The translations under genes and the position numbers were made by a program. A DNA stretch of 64,000 bases from assembly GCA_963754315.1 (NCBI GenBank), contig CAVWFS010000007.1, positions 192,001-256,000 of the forward strand, in the 5' to 3' direction. Under the pieces are notes generated by a model. That model was not told the DNA's origin. It made no database searches and was given only the letters and a program-made list of their open reading frames with translations. Below, one piece after another: positions 51,144 through 64,000 of the stretch; positions within the stretch are counted from its first letter, which is position 1, and each line of letters begins with the position of its first letter. The DNA comes from an uncultured Candidatus Rokubacteria bacterium (GTDB lineage: Bacteria; Methylomirabilota; Methylomirabilia; Rokubacteriales; CSP1-6).

Positions 51144-52271
51144 TCACGAGTGGGTCGCCAGCCAGCCCGAGACCTGTGGCCAGCAGTGAAGCGAGGCCCC
51201 GCGTCCGGCGATCAGCGAGATGTGCCCTCCTGGCAGCTCGACATACTGCTTGTCACGGCTGCCCACCACGTCGACCAGCGCGCGCACGCACGCCGGCGGC
51301 GCGATGTAATCCTCCTTGGCGCCGACCACGAACACGGGACACGTGATGGCCTCGAGCCGGACGGGCCGCCCCCCGCAGGTGAGCTCGCCGCGGTACAGCT
51401 TGTTGTCCTGATAGAAGTCGCGCACCCACTGCCGGAAGAACTCACCCGGGAAGGCCACGTACTCGTTGGCCCACTTGTTGAGCGCGTTGAAGCCCTCCAC
51501 GTACTTGTCGTTCCAGAGATTCCACCAGAGATTGAGGTTGGTGGAGAGATCCATGGTCGGCTTGATGAGCTTGAAGCCGGCCTTGACCAGGTCGGCAGGC
51601 ACGGCGCCGAGCGTGTCGACAAAGCGGTCGACGTTGAAGTACTTCTTGTCGAGCCAGAGCCCGAAGAGCCCGACCTTCGAGAAGTCGAAGGGCCCTGCCA
51701 TGTTGATGAAGTTGCGGACTGGCGTCTCCGGATAGGCGGCCACGAACGAAGCGGAGAGCGGAGCCCCCATGCAGTAGCCGAGGATGGACAACTCGCGCGC
51801 CCCTGACACCTCGAGCACCTTGCGTGCCATGCGGGGCAGGATCCGGCTCACGCACTCCTCGACCGAGAGATCGTTGTCCTCGGGACCGAAGACCCCCCAG
51901 TCGAGCAGAAAGAAATCGAAGCCCTCCCTGGTCATGTGCTCCACGAAACTGCCCCCGGGGAGAAGGTCGAAAATGTAAGGCCGGCTGATACCGAGATTCG
52001 GCACGAAGAGCACCGGCGTCGGGTGCGCCCGCCGCGAGGTGTAGCGGTAGAGGCGGGCCTTGTTCCGCTTGTACACTTCTTCGCGCGGCGACTGACCGAC
52101 GTGGGGATTGGCGGGGCGGGCGACCATGTCGGAGAGGTTCTGGACGCGCTTGAGGTTGCGCTGAAACTCGTCCTGCCATTGTTTCATCACTTCGACCGAC
52201 ACTGGTCCGTCCCCGTTTGGATACCCGTGGGCGAAGCGTTCCACCACATCCGCGAAGCGCTCCTGGGCCAT
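51144..52271 (-). CDS. phaC: Class III poly(3-hydroxyalkanoate) synthase
   Basis: RPYIFDL, LLDWG, GYCMG lipase box, EDYIAP, GGHIS; ~375 aa. Confidence 0.88.
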   Translation of the reverse strand: MAQERFADVVERFAHGYPNGDGPVSVEVMKQWQDEFQRNLKRVQNLSDMVARPANPHVGQSPREEVYKRNKARLYRYTSRRAHPTPVLFVPNLGISRPYIFDLLPGGSFVEHMTREGFDFFLLDWGVFGPEDNDLSVEECVSRILPRMARKVLEVSGARELSILGYCMGAPLSASFVAAYPETPVRNFINMAGPFDFSKVGLFGLWLDKKYFNVDRFVDTLGAVPADLVKAGFKLIKPTMDLSTNLNLWWNLWNDKYVEGFNALNKWANEYVAFPGEFFRQWVRDFYQDNKLYRGELTCGGRPVRLEAITCPVFVVGAKEDYIAPPACVRALVDVVGSRDKQYVELPGGHISLIAGRGASLHCWPQVSGWLATHS

Positions 52272-52296
52272 CAGCGGACGCTCCAAGGCTGTCGCG

Positions 52297-52617
52297 TCAT
52301 ACCGAGAACAGCGACCCGAGCTTCATGGCCAGCCCCATGTCACCCTTGACCTTGAGCTTTCCCGACATGAACAGCATCTGGCCTGACTGCTTGCCGGCGA
52401 TCATGTCGAGCCAGTCCTGGGCTCCGATCTGCAAGGTGAGGTTAGGATTGGCAGCGACGCCCTCTTGCACCGCGCAGGCGCCGTCCTTGATGACGGCGTG
52501 CCAGGTGCCGCCGCCGGCCCCGCTCACATCGTACTGGATTGTCGCGTTCGTCCCGACTGCCTTGTCGGCGCGGAACTTGGTCGACATCGCATCGAACGTC
52601 TCCTTGACTGTAGGCAT
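52297..52617 (-). CDS. SCP2 sterol/lipid-binding domain protein
   Basis: LFMSGKLKVKGDMGLAMKL. Confidence 0.9.
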   Translation of the reverse strand: MPTVKETFDAMSTKFRADKAVGTNATIQYDVSGAGGGTWHAVIKDGACAVQEGVAANPNLTLQIGAQDWLDMIAGKQSGQMLFMSGKLKVKGDMGLAMKLGSLFSV

Positions 52618-52694
52618 CCCGTTCCTCCTCCCCTCGAGCATCTCACGGACCGTCTCGACCAGCGTTCCTTTGCAGGCCGCCCCTGCGGCGCGCG

Positions 52695-53444
52695 CTAGAA
52701 CGTGAATAGATCCATGCCGCCCGTCACCGTCAACACGGCCCCTGTGATGTAGCGCGCGCCCTCCGAGCAGAGAAAGGCGACAGCGTGGGCCACCTCTTCC
52801 GGCGTCCCCTCCCGCTGCATGGCGACTCGCTTGACCATCCGGTCGAACATGGGGCTCAGAGCGGCGTTGGGACCGATGATCCCTGGCGCGATCACGTTCG
52901 CCGTCACATTGTAACGGGCGCCCTCCAGGGCCACCGATCGGGCGAAGCCCACCACCCCCATCTTCGTGGTGGCATACGCAACCTGGCCGAAGCCGCCCAT
53001 GAGACCCGCGATGGATGCCATGCACACGATGCGGCCCCAGCGACGCTCGCGCAATCCGGGAAAGACAGCCTTGGTCACATTGTACGTGCCGGTGAGGTTG
53101 ACGGCGAGGTTCAGCTCCCAGTCCGAGTCCTGCATGTCCTTGAGCTGCCCCAGCGTGTAGATGATTCCGGCATTGTTCACGCAGATGCCCACCGGTCCGA
53201 GGTCGCGCTCGATTTGCTCGACTACCGACACCACCTGGGGCGCCTCACGAATGTCGCAGGGATAGCCGCGCGCGCGCCCTCCGGCCGCGCGGATACCTTC
53301 CGCGGTCTCGGCGGCGCCATCCGCGTTCAGATCGATGATGGCGACCGGGCATCCTTCGGCAGCCAGAATCTCCGCGTCAGCCCGGCCCAGGCTGCGCGCG
53401 CCGCCGGTGACGATGGCCACGCGGTCGCGGATCCCGAGGTCCAC
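52695..53444 (-). CDS. SDR family oxidoreductase (FabG-like)
   Basis: TGGARSLG, NNAG, GQVAYATTK. Confidence 0.9.
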   Translation of the reverse strand: MDLGIRDRVAIVTGGARSLGRADAEILAAEGCPVAIIDLNADGAAETAEGIRAAGGRARGYPCDIREAPQVVSVVEQIERDLGPVGICVNNAGIIYTLGQLKDMQDSDWELNLAVNLTGTYNVTKAVFPGLRERRWGRIVCMASIAGLMGGFGQVAYATTKMGVVGFARSVALEGARYNVTANVIAPGIIGPNAALSPMFDRMVKRVAMQREGTPEEVAHAVAFLCSEGARYITGAVLTVTGGMDLFTF

Positions 53445-53446
53445 GG

Positions 53447-54220
53447 CTACCGGCCCCGAAACTCCGGCTCGCGCTTGGCGAAGAACGCCTGGATGCCCTC
53501 GGCCGCATCGTCGGTGCGCAGCGATTTCAGGAAGGCCCGCACCTCGATGTCGAGGCCCTTCTCGATGGGCGCATCCAGCCCTTCGTCGACGGCGTCGATG
53601 ATCAGGCGCATGGCGATGGGCGGCCGCTTCGCGAGCTGATTCGCGAGGGCGCGGGCGTCGTTGAGCGTCTCGCCCTCCTTGCACAGGCGGTTGACGAGAC
53701 CAAGAGCGAGGCACTCGTTGGCGGGAATCTGCGTCCCCAGAAGCAGGTACTCGAGCGCCTTCGTGCGGCCAATCAGGCGGGCCAGACGCTGCGTGCCGCC
53801 GTAGCCCGGAATGATGCCGAGGTTGGACTCCGTCTGTCCCATGCGCGCCCCTTCCTTGAGCAGACGGAGATGGCAGGCCATGGCGATCTCGCAGCCACCG
53901 CCGAGCGCGTGGCCATTCAGGGCGGCGATGACCGGTTTCGGGAAGCGCTCGATCCGTCGCAGCACGCCCGTCCCGAAGCGTATGAAGCTCTCGACCTCAC
54001 CGCCCGCAAAAGCGGATCCAAGGTCGGCCCCGGCGCAGAAGATCCGGTCGCCCGCCCCTGTGATGATGATTGCGCGCGTGGCCTCGTCTTGCTCGAAGCC
54101 AGTCAGGGCCGCGTTCAGCTCGCGCATCAGCTGCTCACTGATGGCATTGGCGGGCGGGCGATTGAGCGTGATGACGCCGACGTGCTCCTCGCTCGTCACG
54201 ATCAGGGTCTCATACGCCAT
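53447..54220 (-). CDS. Enoyl-CoA hydratase/isomerase
   Basis: FCAGADL, ALGGGCE, ESNLGIIPGYGGTQRL. Confidence 0.93.
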   Translation of the reverse strand: MAYETLIVTSEEHVGVITLNRPPANAISEQLMRELNAALTGFEQDEATRAIIITGAGDRIFCAGADLGSAFAGGEVESFIRFGTGVLRRIERFPKPVIAALNGHALGGGCEIAMACHLRLLKEGARMGQTESNLGIIPGYGGTQRLARLIGRTKALEYLLLGTQIPANECLALGLVNRLCKEGETLNDARALANQLAKRPPIAMRLIIDAVDEGLDAPIEKGLDIEVRAFLKSLRTDDAAEGIQAFFAKREPEFRGR

Positions 54221-54797
54221 GGGTGGCGACTCCTCGCAGGAAAATCGCGGCCACCGCCGCCGCGGCATCGGTGAGACGGTAGGTGCGCTTGCCAAGCACC
54301 CAGGATGTCGCGAGCTGGTCCATCGCCCCGAACAGCATCTTGGTGGCGACCTTGACGGGGACGTCCCGGCGGAACTGGCCGGCCTCGATGCCGTCCTCCA
54401 GGACGGAGCTGATCAGCGCAAAGTAGGCCGACACCTCGTGCGCGGAGGCGCCTCGGAAGAACTTGTGCCCCTGCCGGAGCTCTACCTGGACCACCTCGGC
54501 CAGCTCGGGGTTCCGCTCGAGTACGGCGAAGTGCAGGGCGATGAGCCGCCGGATCTTGGCGACCGCGTCGATCTCGGCGGCGATTTCGCGCCGGGCGTGG
54601 GCCACCCACTCGGCCATCTTCTCGCGGAAGAGGGTGACGAGAATCTCGTCCTTGGTCTTGAAGTAGAGGTAGATCGTTCCGCTCGCGATCCCCGCCTCAC
54701 GTGCAATGTCGGACACTCGCGAATTGTAGTAGCCGTTACGAGCGAACACGCGGATCGCGGCGTCGACGATGGCCTGGGGTTTTTCGGGGTCGCGCAT
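54210..54797 (-). CDS. TetR family regulator (YsiA/FadR-like)
   Basis: IAREAGIASGTIYLYFKTKDEIL, VVQVELRQ. Confidence 0.92.
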   Translation of the reverse strand: MRDPEKPQAIVDAAIRVFARNGYYNSRVSDIAREAGIASGTIYLYFKTKDEILVTLFREKMAEWVAHARREIAAEIDAVAKIRRLIALHFAVLERNPELAEVVQVELRQGHKFFRGASAHEVSAYFALISSVLEDGIEAGQFRRDVPVKVATKMLFGAMDQLATSWVLGKRTYRLTDAAAAVAAIFLRGVATHGV

Positions 54798-54803
54798 CGG
54801 CGG

Positions 54804-54850
54804 TGAATGAACCGCCAGTCATCATACGAGCGCCAACACCCCGCTGTCAA
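54804..54850 (-). promoter_or_regulatory. TetR operon promoter with a YsiA/FadR-box-like operator
   Basis: TTGACA-18-TATGAT; TGAATGA-ACCG-CCAGTCA at 54804-54821. Confidence 0.55.
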
Positions 54851-54860
54851 ACGCGGGCCA

Positions 54861-58274
<3,414 letters not shown>

Positions 58275-58577
58275 ATCCTATCGAGCATGCAGGAAATTCT
58301 GATGCCAATCGAGCAGTAACACACGCTCACCTGAGCATGACCCTCCTGGCGCCTGTTGACATCCTATAATGTGACATCTTCGTCTTACTTGGGCCAGAAT
58401 GCTGGCAGCATGATCAGCGAGCCTTTGCTTCGGATCCGTGGCCTCGGGGCGGATCGGTTGCTCCGGTGACCGCGATTCGCTTCTGGAGCGTCCTTTCGGC
58501 GCTCAAGGTGGAAGCCGCAGCGGGCTTCGAAGGGGGATCTCGACGCCCACCGAGATATGTCGACGCCGACACTGAAT

Positions 58578-58593
58578 TGGCACAAGGCTTGTA
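58578..58593 (+). promoter_or_regulatory. Possible sigma54 promoter
   Basis: TGGCAC-AAGGC-TTGTA; the -12 element has GT instead of GC. Confidence 0.45.
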
Positions 58594-58666
58594 CTTGGCC
58601 TGATGGCCATCAGGATGGCGACGTAGCCGTCATGACGGCGATTTGAGGTCGCGCCGAGGACAACGA

Positions 58667-59870
<1,204 letters not shown>

Positions 59871-59881
<11 letters not shown>

Positions 59882-61202
59882 GCATTCCCGGGATTCGAGC
59901 ACCGCGCTGCACGACCGGATCGCGGCATCGACGGCTCGGATTGGCGTTCTCGGCCTCGGATACGTTGGGTTGACGGAAGCCATGGAGCTGGCTCGGGCCG
60001 GCTTTCCTGTCACCGGCTTCGACATCGATGGTGAACGGGTCCGGGCCGTGCAGGACGGGCGCTCCTATCTCGTCGACATCAGCGACGAGGACTTGGCCAA
60101 CGTCGTCCGCGCGGGAACCCTCACGGCCACCGACGACTTCACGCGGATCGGAGAGCAGGACGTTCTGATCATCTGCGTCCCCACCCCGCTCGGAAAGAGT
60201 AAGGCCCCTGACCTCTCGTACATCGTCAGCGCGGTCGACGCCATCCGACCTCGGCTCCACCGCGGCCAGCTGGTGATTCTGGAGAGCACCACCTACCCGG
60301 GCACGACGACTGAAGTGGTCATGCCCGCCCTGGAGTCGACCGGGCTACGGGCGGGTGTGGACTTTCACCTGTGCTTCTCGCCCGAGCGGATCAATCCCGG
60401 CGACAAGCTTCATCGGCCTTCGACCATTCCGCGGGTCGTGGGCGGTGTCAGCACGGCCTGTACGGAGCTGGCCAGCCGTCTCCTTCGGCGGATCGCCCCT
60501 GATGTCATCGCGGTCTCGACCCCGCAAGCAGCCGAGATGGTGAAGCTGCTGGAGAATACCTTCCGCGCCGTCAACATCGGGCTCGTCAACGAGCTGGCCC
60601 TCATGTGCCGGTCGTTCGGCATCGACGTATGGGAGGTGATCGACGCGGCCGCCAGCAAGCCGTTCGGGTTCATGGCCTTCTACCCAGGCCCCGGCCTCGG
60701 CGGGCACTGCATACCCATCGATCCGCTCTATCTGTCGTGGAAGGCACGAGTGACGGGCTTCGACCCGCGCTTCATCGAGCTGGCCCATCAGGTGAACAGC
60801 ACCATGCCCCGCGTGGTGGTGTCCGTGATCACCGAGGCCCTGAACCGCCGCCGCAAGAGCGTCAACGGTTCGCGCGTGCTTGTCCTCGGGGTGAGCTACA
60901 AGCGAGATGTGAATGACGCGCGCGAGTCGCCGGCCATCGACATCATTCACGAACTCGAGCAGCGTGAGGCGCTGGTGGAGTATCACGATCCCTACGTGGC
61001 CCGCCTGGACGTCTCGGGACGGATCATGACCTCGGTGCCCCTCGACGAGAGCCGTCTGAAGGGAGCAGACTGCGTGGTGATTGCCACCGACCACAGCGGC
61101 GTCGACTACAAGCGCGTGGTCGACCTCGCCTCGCTCGTGGTCGATACGCGCAACGTGACCCGCGGGGTGGCGCCCTACCGGGACAACGTCGTCAAGCTCT
61201 GA
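59871..61202 (+). CDS. UDP-N-acetylhexosamine / UDP-glucose dehydrogenase (WbpA/WecC-like)
   Basis: GLGYVG, ICVPTP, ESTTYPG, GLGGHCIPIDP, DARESP. Confidence 0.93.
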
Positions 61203-61209
61203 GCGTCGG

Positions 61210-61665
61210 ATGGTGAATGACGTGCCGAGCCTGGATCAGCGCGCGCCGCGGGCCCGACGTGGCGGACGCAGTCGTACTGGGGGAAGCCCCAAGCGGATCC
61301 TCGTCGTCAACGATCATTTCGAGGTCCGCAGTGTCATCATCGAGTTCCTGCGCCGGCGCGGACTCATCGCCATCCCTGTCCGAGACGCCGCGAGCGCCCG
61401 CGTCGTGTGCGAACGTATCGATGTGGATCTCGTCCTCCTGCACGTCCTCGTGCTCGATCTCGCCGAGACAGCGTTGATCCGCCAGATCAAGCTGCTGCGG
61501 CCGGCCCCTCCCATCGTCGTGATGGCGGCCGTCAGGACCCCAGAGCTGGAGCGAGACTGTCGGGCGCTCGGCATCGACGAGATTCTGGTCAAGCCGATCG
61601 TCCTGCGCCCCCTGGAGGGTGTGATCTCGCGTCTGCTAAAGCTCCGCCAGGTACCCACCGCGTAG
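61210..61665 (+). CDS. Atypical stand-alone receiver domain protein
   Basis: ILVVNDH..DLVLLHV..VKP; His at the phospho-Asp position. Confidence 0.75.
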   Translation: MVNDVPSLDQRAPRARRGGRSRTGGSPKRILVVNDHFEVRSVIIEFLRRRGLIAIPVRDAASARVVCERIDVDLVLLHVLVLDLAETALIRQIKLLRPAPPIVVMAAVRTPELERDCRALGIDEILVKPIVLRPLEGVISRLLKLRQVPTA

Positions 61666-61751
61666 CGATCGCTCGTGACACCGCCGCGGGTCAAGGCTGC
61701 CCGCGATCGTTGCCATCTTCTGGTCGGGAAGTCCGCGTGTCGCCTATGGTC

Positions 61752-62126
61752 TCAGGCGTCGGGGTGTTGGAGGAGTTCGTCGACTGCGTGGACCAGCGCG
61801 TCGAGGTCAAGGGGCTTGGCCATCGTGCGGATGGCGCCGAAGAGGCGCGCGTGCTTGAGGAACTGCAAATCTCCGAGCTGGCCGCCTCCCGATAGGGCGA
61901 TCATCTTGAGACCGGGCTCGTTGCGAAGGCGCCAGATGATCTCGAGTCCGTCGACCTCCGGCAGGAAGATATCTGTGATCACCAGGTCGGGATGGTGCTC
62001 GGCGACCAGGCGAAGGCCGACGCGGCCGTCCGCGGCCGCGATGACGTGGTGCCCGTGGTGGGTGAGCACCTCCGTGAGCAAGGCCACGATCTGATGATCG
62101 TCGTCGATCAGGAGGATTCTGGCCAA
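61752..62126 (-). CDS. Stand-alone response regulator receiver
   Basis: ILLIDDD, DLVITDIFLPEVDG, ALSG, AKP; TTG start just after the tRNA. Confidence 0.88.
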   Translation of the reverse strand: MARILLIDDDHQIVALLTEVLTHHGHHVIAAADGRVGLRLVAEHHPDLVITDIFLPEVDGLEIIWRLRNEPGLKMIALSGGGQLGDLQFLKHARLFGAIRTMAKPLDLDALVHAVDELLQHPDA

Positions 62127-62131
62127 GGAAA

Positions 62132-62208
62132 TGGTGGACGATACTGGACTCGAACCAGTGACCTCTGCCATGTGAGGGCAGCGCTCTAACCAACTGAGCT
62201 AATCGTCC
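62132..62208 (-). tRNA. tRNA-Val (anticodon CAC)
   Basis: GGACGAT acceptor stem, D arm AGCTCAGTTGGTTAGAGC, CTGCC-CTCACAT-GGCAG, GGTTCGAGTCC, encoded CCA. Confidence 0.97.
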
Positions 62209-62216
62209 GTGGGGCA

Positions 62217-62245
62217 AGAGTAGCGGGCCGGCCGACCGGCGTCAA
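62217..62245 (-). promoter_or_regulatory. tRNA promoter
   Basis: TTGACG-17-TACTCT ending 8 nt before the tRNA. Confidence 0.6.
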
Positions 62246-62407
62246 CCGGCACCTCGCCCCGGTCGCCAACACCAGGAGCACAGGCCCCGGTGGCCACCTT
62301 TCCCGGGGCGGGAATCTCCAATCGCGCTACGATGACGCTCGGGATGCTGTACGTTCTGACCTTCGCCGGACGGTGACCACGACCATGCCCGCGCGGATCT
62401 GCGTCGC

Positions 62408-63109
62408 ATGAGGGCCTGGGGAGCGGTGAGCACCATCGCCGTCGGTGCCATCGCGACCTGGATAGGGTACGCCTGGCTTCCTCACCTGGCCCCCCATGGG
62501 AGCCAGCGGCGGGGGCCGGGCTCGAATCCCCGTGTGGCCTTGACGTTTGACGATGGGCCCGACGTGCAGTGGACGCCCGTTGTCCTGGATATCCTGGCCG
62601 AACAGGGGGTCGTGGCATCCTTCTTTCTGATCGGTGAGCGGGCCCGGCGCGTGCCGAGCCTGGTCCGGGCTATCGCCGACGCGGGCCACGAGATCGGCAA
62701 CCACAGCTGGTCGCACCGAAGCTTGTGGCTGTGCGGTCCCGCTCGCACCCGCTTCGAAGTTCATCACGCGCACGGGGTCCTGGCCGATCTCGCGGGACAG
62801 ACCCCCCGTTGCTTCCGCCCGCCTTGGGGAATGTTCAATGCTGCTCTGCCTGCCGTGCTGCGTGACTGCGGCGAGCGCGTGGTGCTCTGGTCGATTCAGC
62901 CGGAAGGACTTGTCCCCGTCCGTGCGGAGCGGCAAGTCGAGCACGTCCTTCGCCGGGCCGGCGCCGGCGCCATCGTGGATCTCCACGACGCAGAGGGTTT
63001 GGCCGGAGCCCCTGCGCGGCTGGTGGGGGCTCTGCCGGCCACCATCAAAGGTTTGCGGGGGGCAGGTTACGAGTTCGCTACCGTCAGCCAGCTGCTGGAA
63101 TCAACCTGA
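62408..63109 (+). CDS. Polysaccharide deacetylase (NodB/CE4)
   Basis: LTFDDGP, GNHSWSH, FRPPWG, DLHD; N-terminal TM. Confidence 0.93.
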   Translation: MRAWGAVSTIAVGAIATWIGYAWLPHLAPHGSQRRGPGSNPRVALTFDDGPDVQWTPVVLDILAEQGVVASFFLIGERARRVPSLVRAIADAGHEIGNHSWSHRSLWLCGPARTRFEVHHAHGVLADLAGQTPRCFRPPWGMFNAALPAVLRDCGERVVLWSIQPEGLVPVRAERQVEHVLRRAGAGAIVDLHDAEGLAGAPARLVGALPATIKGLRGAGYEFATVSQLLEST

Positions 63110-63123
63110 CAGACAGGTGCTCC

Positions 63124-63798
63124 TCATTCGTGCTGTCTCTCGGCCTGCCCGGCCTGGAGGTGGTACACGGATTCCGTCCCGAACAACGCGCCTGGCCGGT
63201 GACTGACCACGACCACCGCACTCCCCCGGGCGGTTCGGTCGCGGAGAGCCTCCGAGATCACCCGTCCGTTGGCATCGTCCAGGTTGCCGGTGGGTTCGTC
63301 AGCCAGCAGCAAAGGTGGGTCGTTGAACACGGCTCGGCAAAAGGCGACCCGCTGTTGCTCCCCGCCCGATAGCTGAGGCGGGTAGTGATCGCGTCGGGCG
63401 GCCAGGCCGAACTCGTCGAGCAACGCCTCGGCCCGTCGGCGAGCCGCGACTCCGCCCCGCCCGACGTAGCGAGCGGCCAGAAGCACATTGTCCAGTGCGG
63501 TCAGGGACGGGATGAGCAAGAACGACTGGAATACAAAGCCGACGAAACGCCCGCGCCTCTGATTCCGGGCGGCTCGAGAGAGCCGGGTCACGGGCTCGCC
63601 ATCGTAGCAAACCACACCGGCGTCGGCGTCCTCCAGAAGCCCAATGACGTTCAGCAAGGTGCTCTTGCCCGACCCGGACGCCCCCGTGATGACCACGAGC
63701 TCACCCGCCTTCACACGAAGATCCACCCCGCGCAGCACGGGGATCATCTCGCCCGACGGAGCCCGAAAGGACTTCCTGATGCCCTCCACGACCAGCAT
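63124..63798 (-). CDS. ABC exporter ATPase (LolD/MacB-like)
   Basis: [26 protein letters not shown]. Confidence 0.94.
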   Translation of the reverse strand: MLVVEGIRKSFRAPSGEMIPVLRGVDLRVKAGELVVITGASGSGKSTLLNVIGLLEDADAGVVCYDGEPVTRLSRAARNQRRGRFVGFVFQSFLLIPSLTALDNVLLAARYVGRGGVAARRRAEALLDEFGLAARRDHYPPQLSGGEQQRVAFCRAVFNDPPLLLADEPTGNLDDANGRVISEALRDRTARGSAVVVVSHRPGALFGTESVYHLQAGQAERQHE

Positions 63799-64000
63799 CA
63801 GGTTCCGCGCCGGATTGCCTCAGCGGGGCTGACCCGCACGATCCTCAGAGTCGCGTAGGCCGCCGCCACCCCACCCAACAGGAGGGAGAACACCAGGGCG
63901 CCCACGAGCAGGCGGAGCGAGAAGAAGAAGAGCGACTGGCCACTGTCGGCAGCGTACGCTTCGACTCCGGCGCCAAGAGCGACGGCCAGGCCGATTCCCG
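63798..64000 (-). CDS. 3' end of an ABC permease (FtsX-like), partial
   Basis: Hydrophobic C-terminus ending AAYATLRIVRVSPAEAIRRGT; stop abuts the ATPase start. Confidence 0.75.
   Translation of the reverse strand, partial: GIGLAVALGAGVEAYAADSGQSLFFFSLRLLVGALVFSLLLGGVAAAYATLRIVRVSPAEAIRRGT

Noticed and set aside
58275..58660. SAM or cobalamin riboswitch upstream of metH
   Set aside because: No recognisable conserved core sequences.

Overview
GC-rich, gene-dense bacterial chromosomal window with no phage, transposase, integrase or CRISPR array. Gene content and GC-rich palindromic repeats are reminiscent of Ca. Rokubacteria/Methylomirabilota, but this is unverified. Left to right: (1) a minus-strand ppdK-ilvB-ilvN-ilvC-psd-pssA-leuB-asd-truA operon headed by an unannotated Val/Ile/Leu-rich leader peptide with a terminator/antiterminator attenuator; (2) an oxalate-oxidoreductase-like three-subunit 2-oxoacid:ferredoxin oxidoreductase (YPIRP motif) followed by a TctCBA transporter and a FadR-type regulator; (3) mscL, an alpha/beta hydrolase, pdxR-pdxS-pdxT, small genes, a repeat cluster and an amidase with a GatC-like partner; (4) a corrinoid-activator (RACo) / hotdog / UroD-fold trio, ychF, an EamA transporter and queF; (5) a 14.6-kb, 14-gene catabolic operon for an unknown, probably N-heterocyclic, substrate; (6) a class III PHA cluster linked to fatty-acid genes; (7) metH, a sigma54 activator lacking its receiver domain, a UDP-sugar dehydrogenase, two stand-alone receivers, tRNA-Val(CAC), a polysaccharide deacetylase and ABC exporter genes. 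Four genes carry single-base frameshifts in G/C runs, probably sequencing errors. Several genes look leaderless. All family calls come from motif recognition, not database searches.
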